From the NCBI GenBank assembly GCA_013239625.1, contig MU053561.1, positions 1,969,818-2,033,817 of the forward strand: a stretch of 64,000 nucleotides of DNA, in the 5' to 3' direction. The position numbers and the translations under genes are program-made. Shown piece after piece: positions 62,930-64,000 of this stretch. The stretch is from Lama guanicoe. Lineage: Eukaryota. Position 1 is the stretch's first letter. Each line of letters starts with the position of its first letter. Under the pieces are notes generated by a model. It had not been told where the DNA came from and did not search any database. It saw only the letters and a program-made list of their open reading frames with translations.

Positions 62930-63365
62930 TGGACATCTGCAGAGCTGCCTGCCCGGCCTGCTCGCAGCCCCCAAGCAAGGCAAGAGCATCCTGATTCCTG
63001 CATGAGCCCAGCCCTCTGGCCTCAGCCAGCTGCCCCAGGGCTGGACCTGACTCCATCTGAACCAAGGAACTTCTTCCCTGGGAATTCTTGACTGGGGATT
63101 AAGAATGTCAGGGTCAGACTCTCTCCTATGGGGAAGCTATTGCCGGTCATGTTTCTAGAAAGCCAGACTGCAGTGGCAACGAGAAAGGCAGAGATAAACA
63201 GGCGAGAGAATAACAGAGTCAGGTGGCATCTGAGTCTCTTGTTCCAGCCACATCCATGCCCTCCGCATGGTTTGGTGGTTCTACACTTCTAAGGATTCTG
63301 GGAGGAATGCATTCCTCTTCTTGCTAACTGAGGTGAGGTTCTGATATTTGCAATCAGAATTACAC
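62930..63365 (+). mobile_element. Old ERVL/MaLR LTR fragment
   Basis: ttcttccctgggaatt...cttgttccagccac...cattcctcttcttgctaa...gatatttgcaatcagaa. Confidence 0.5.
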
Positions 63366-64000
63366 AGGATGCGTGAACCTTGGCTGCACTGGGTTATTTT
63401 TCAAAAACAAGAGCAAAATTGGGAGGTTAGAAGAGTGAGGAACCCTCACACCGATCCACCTGCCAGTTGTGACTTATGATTTTACAAACCTGGCAGCTGC
63501 ATGCTTGACCTCGCTACGTCATTTCAAGGTGCTGCCCGCACTTGGGGGGCAGGGCAGCCAGCAGCGGGCAGGGAGCATCACCAGGGCTGGCAGGACGGCT
63601 CTGGCCAGCTGAGGCTCCCAGCCCCGGGGTCCAGCCACTGGGCCTGCCCATCTGCTTCCTGCTGGATTTCTTCTCTCTTATCCCTCCCAGAGAGGAACCC
63701 CCTTCTCTCTCCTGATCTACTGGAGGGAGATCAGTCTCCAGGGAGCTGTCCCTCAGGGTCCAGAGGCGAAGGAAGGGAGGAGACATTTAATACCTGCGGT
63801 GCGCAGGCACTTTAATGTAGAACCTCTCATGTCGTCCCGACAAGACCGCGTGAGGCAGGTCCTGTTCTCCTCATTCTACTCGCGAGCGCACCAGAGCGTT
63901 GTTCCTCCTACTTCTCCCTGTGTCTGCAAATAGCACACATCATTCTCTCCCCATCTCACCGTCTTTTTTTGGCCTTGTTTGCTACATAAGAGGCGGTGCG

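Overview
This is mammalian non-coding DNA, intronic or intergenic, with one 216-bp N gap (22403-22618). It is most likely camelid, judged from five copies of a tRNA-derived SINE of the Vic-1 type. I find no credible protein-coding gene, tRNA, rRNA or CRISPR array. The recognisable ORFs in the track are decayed L1 ORF2, ERVL gag or hAT transposase remnants, and the rest look like chance ORFs. Much of the window is interspersed repeat: young and old L1, L2, MIR, CR1/L3, ERV1/ERVL/MaLR LTRs and hAT DNA transposons. Many are nested, with readable target-site duplications (TSDs). Family names come from my recall of consensus sequences and need RepeatMasker/Dfam confirmation. The most unusual items are: a perfect 21-bp-stem hairpin apparently created inside an old L1 (49609-49654); a ~310-bp element made of only the L1 5' end joined to the L1 3' end (19874-20182); a two-LTR ERVL proviral relic carrying three later insertions (57476-62400); several atypical L1 integration products; a near-consensus CTCF site; and a triplicated GC box. 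I see no evidence for a new multi-gene biological system.
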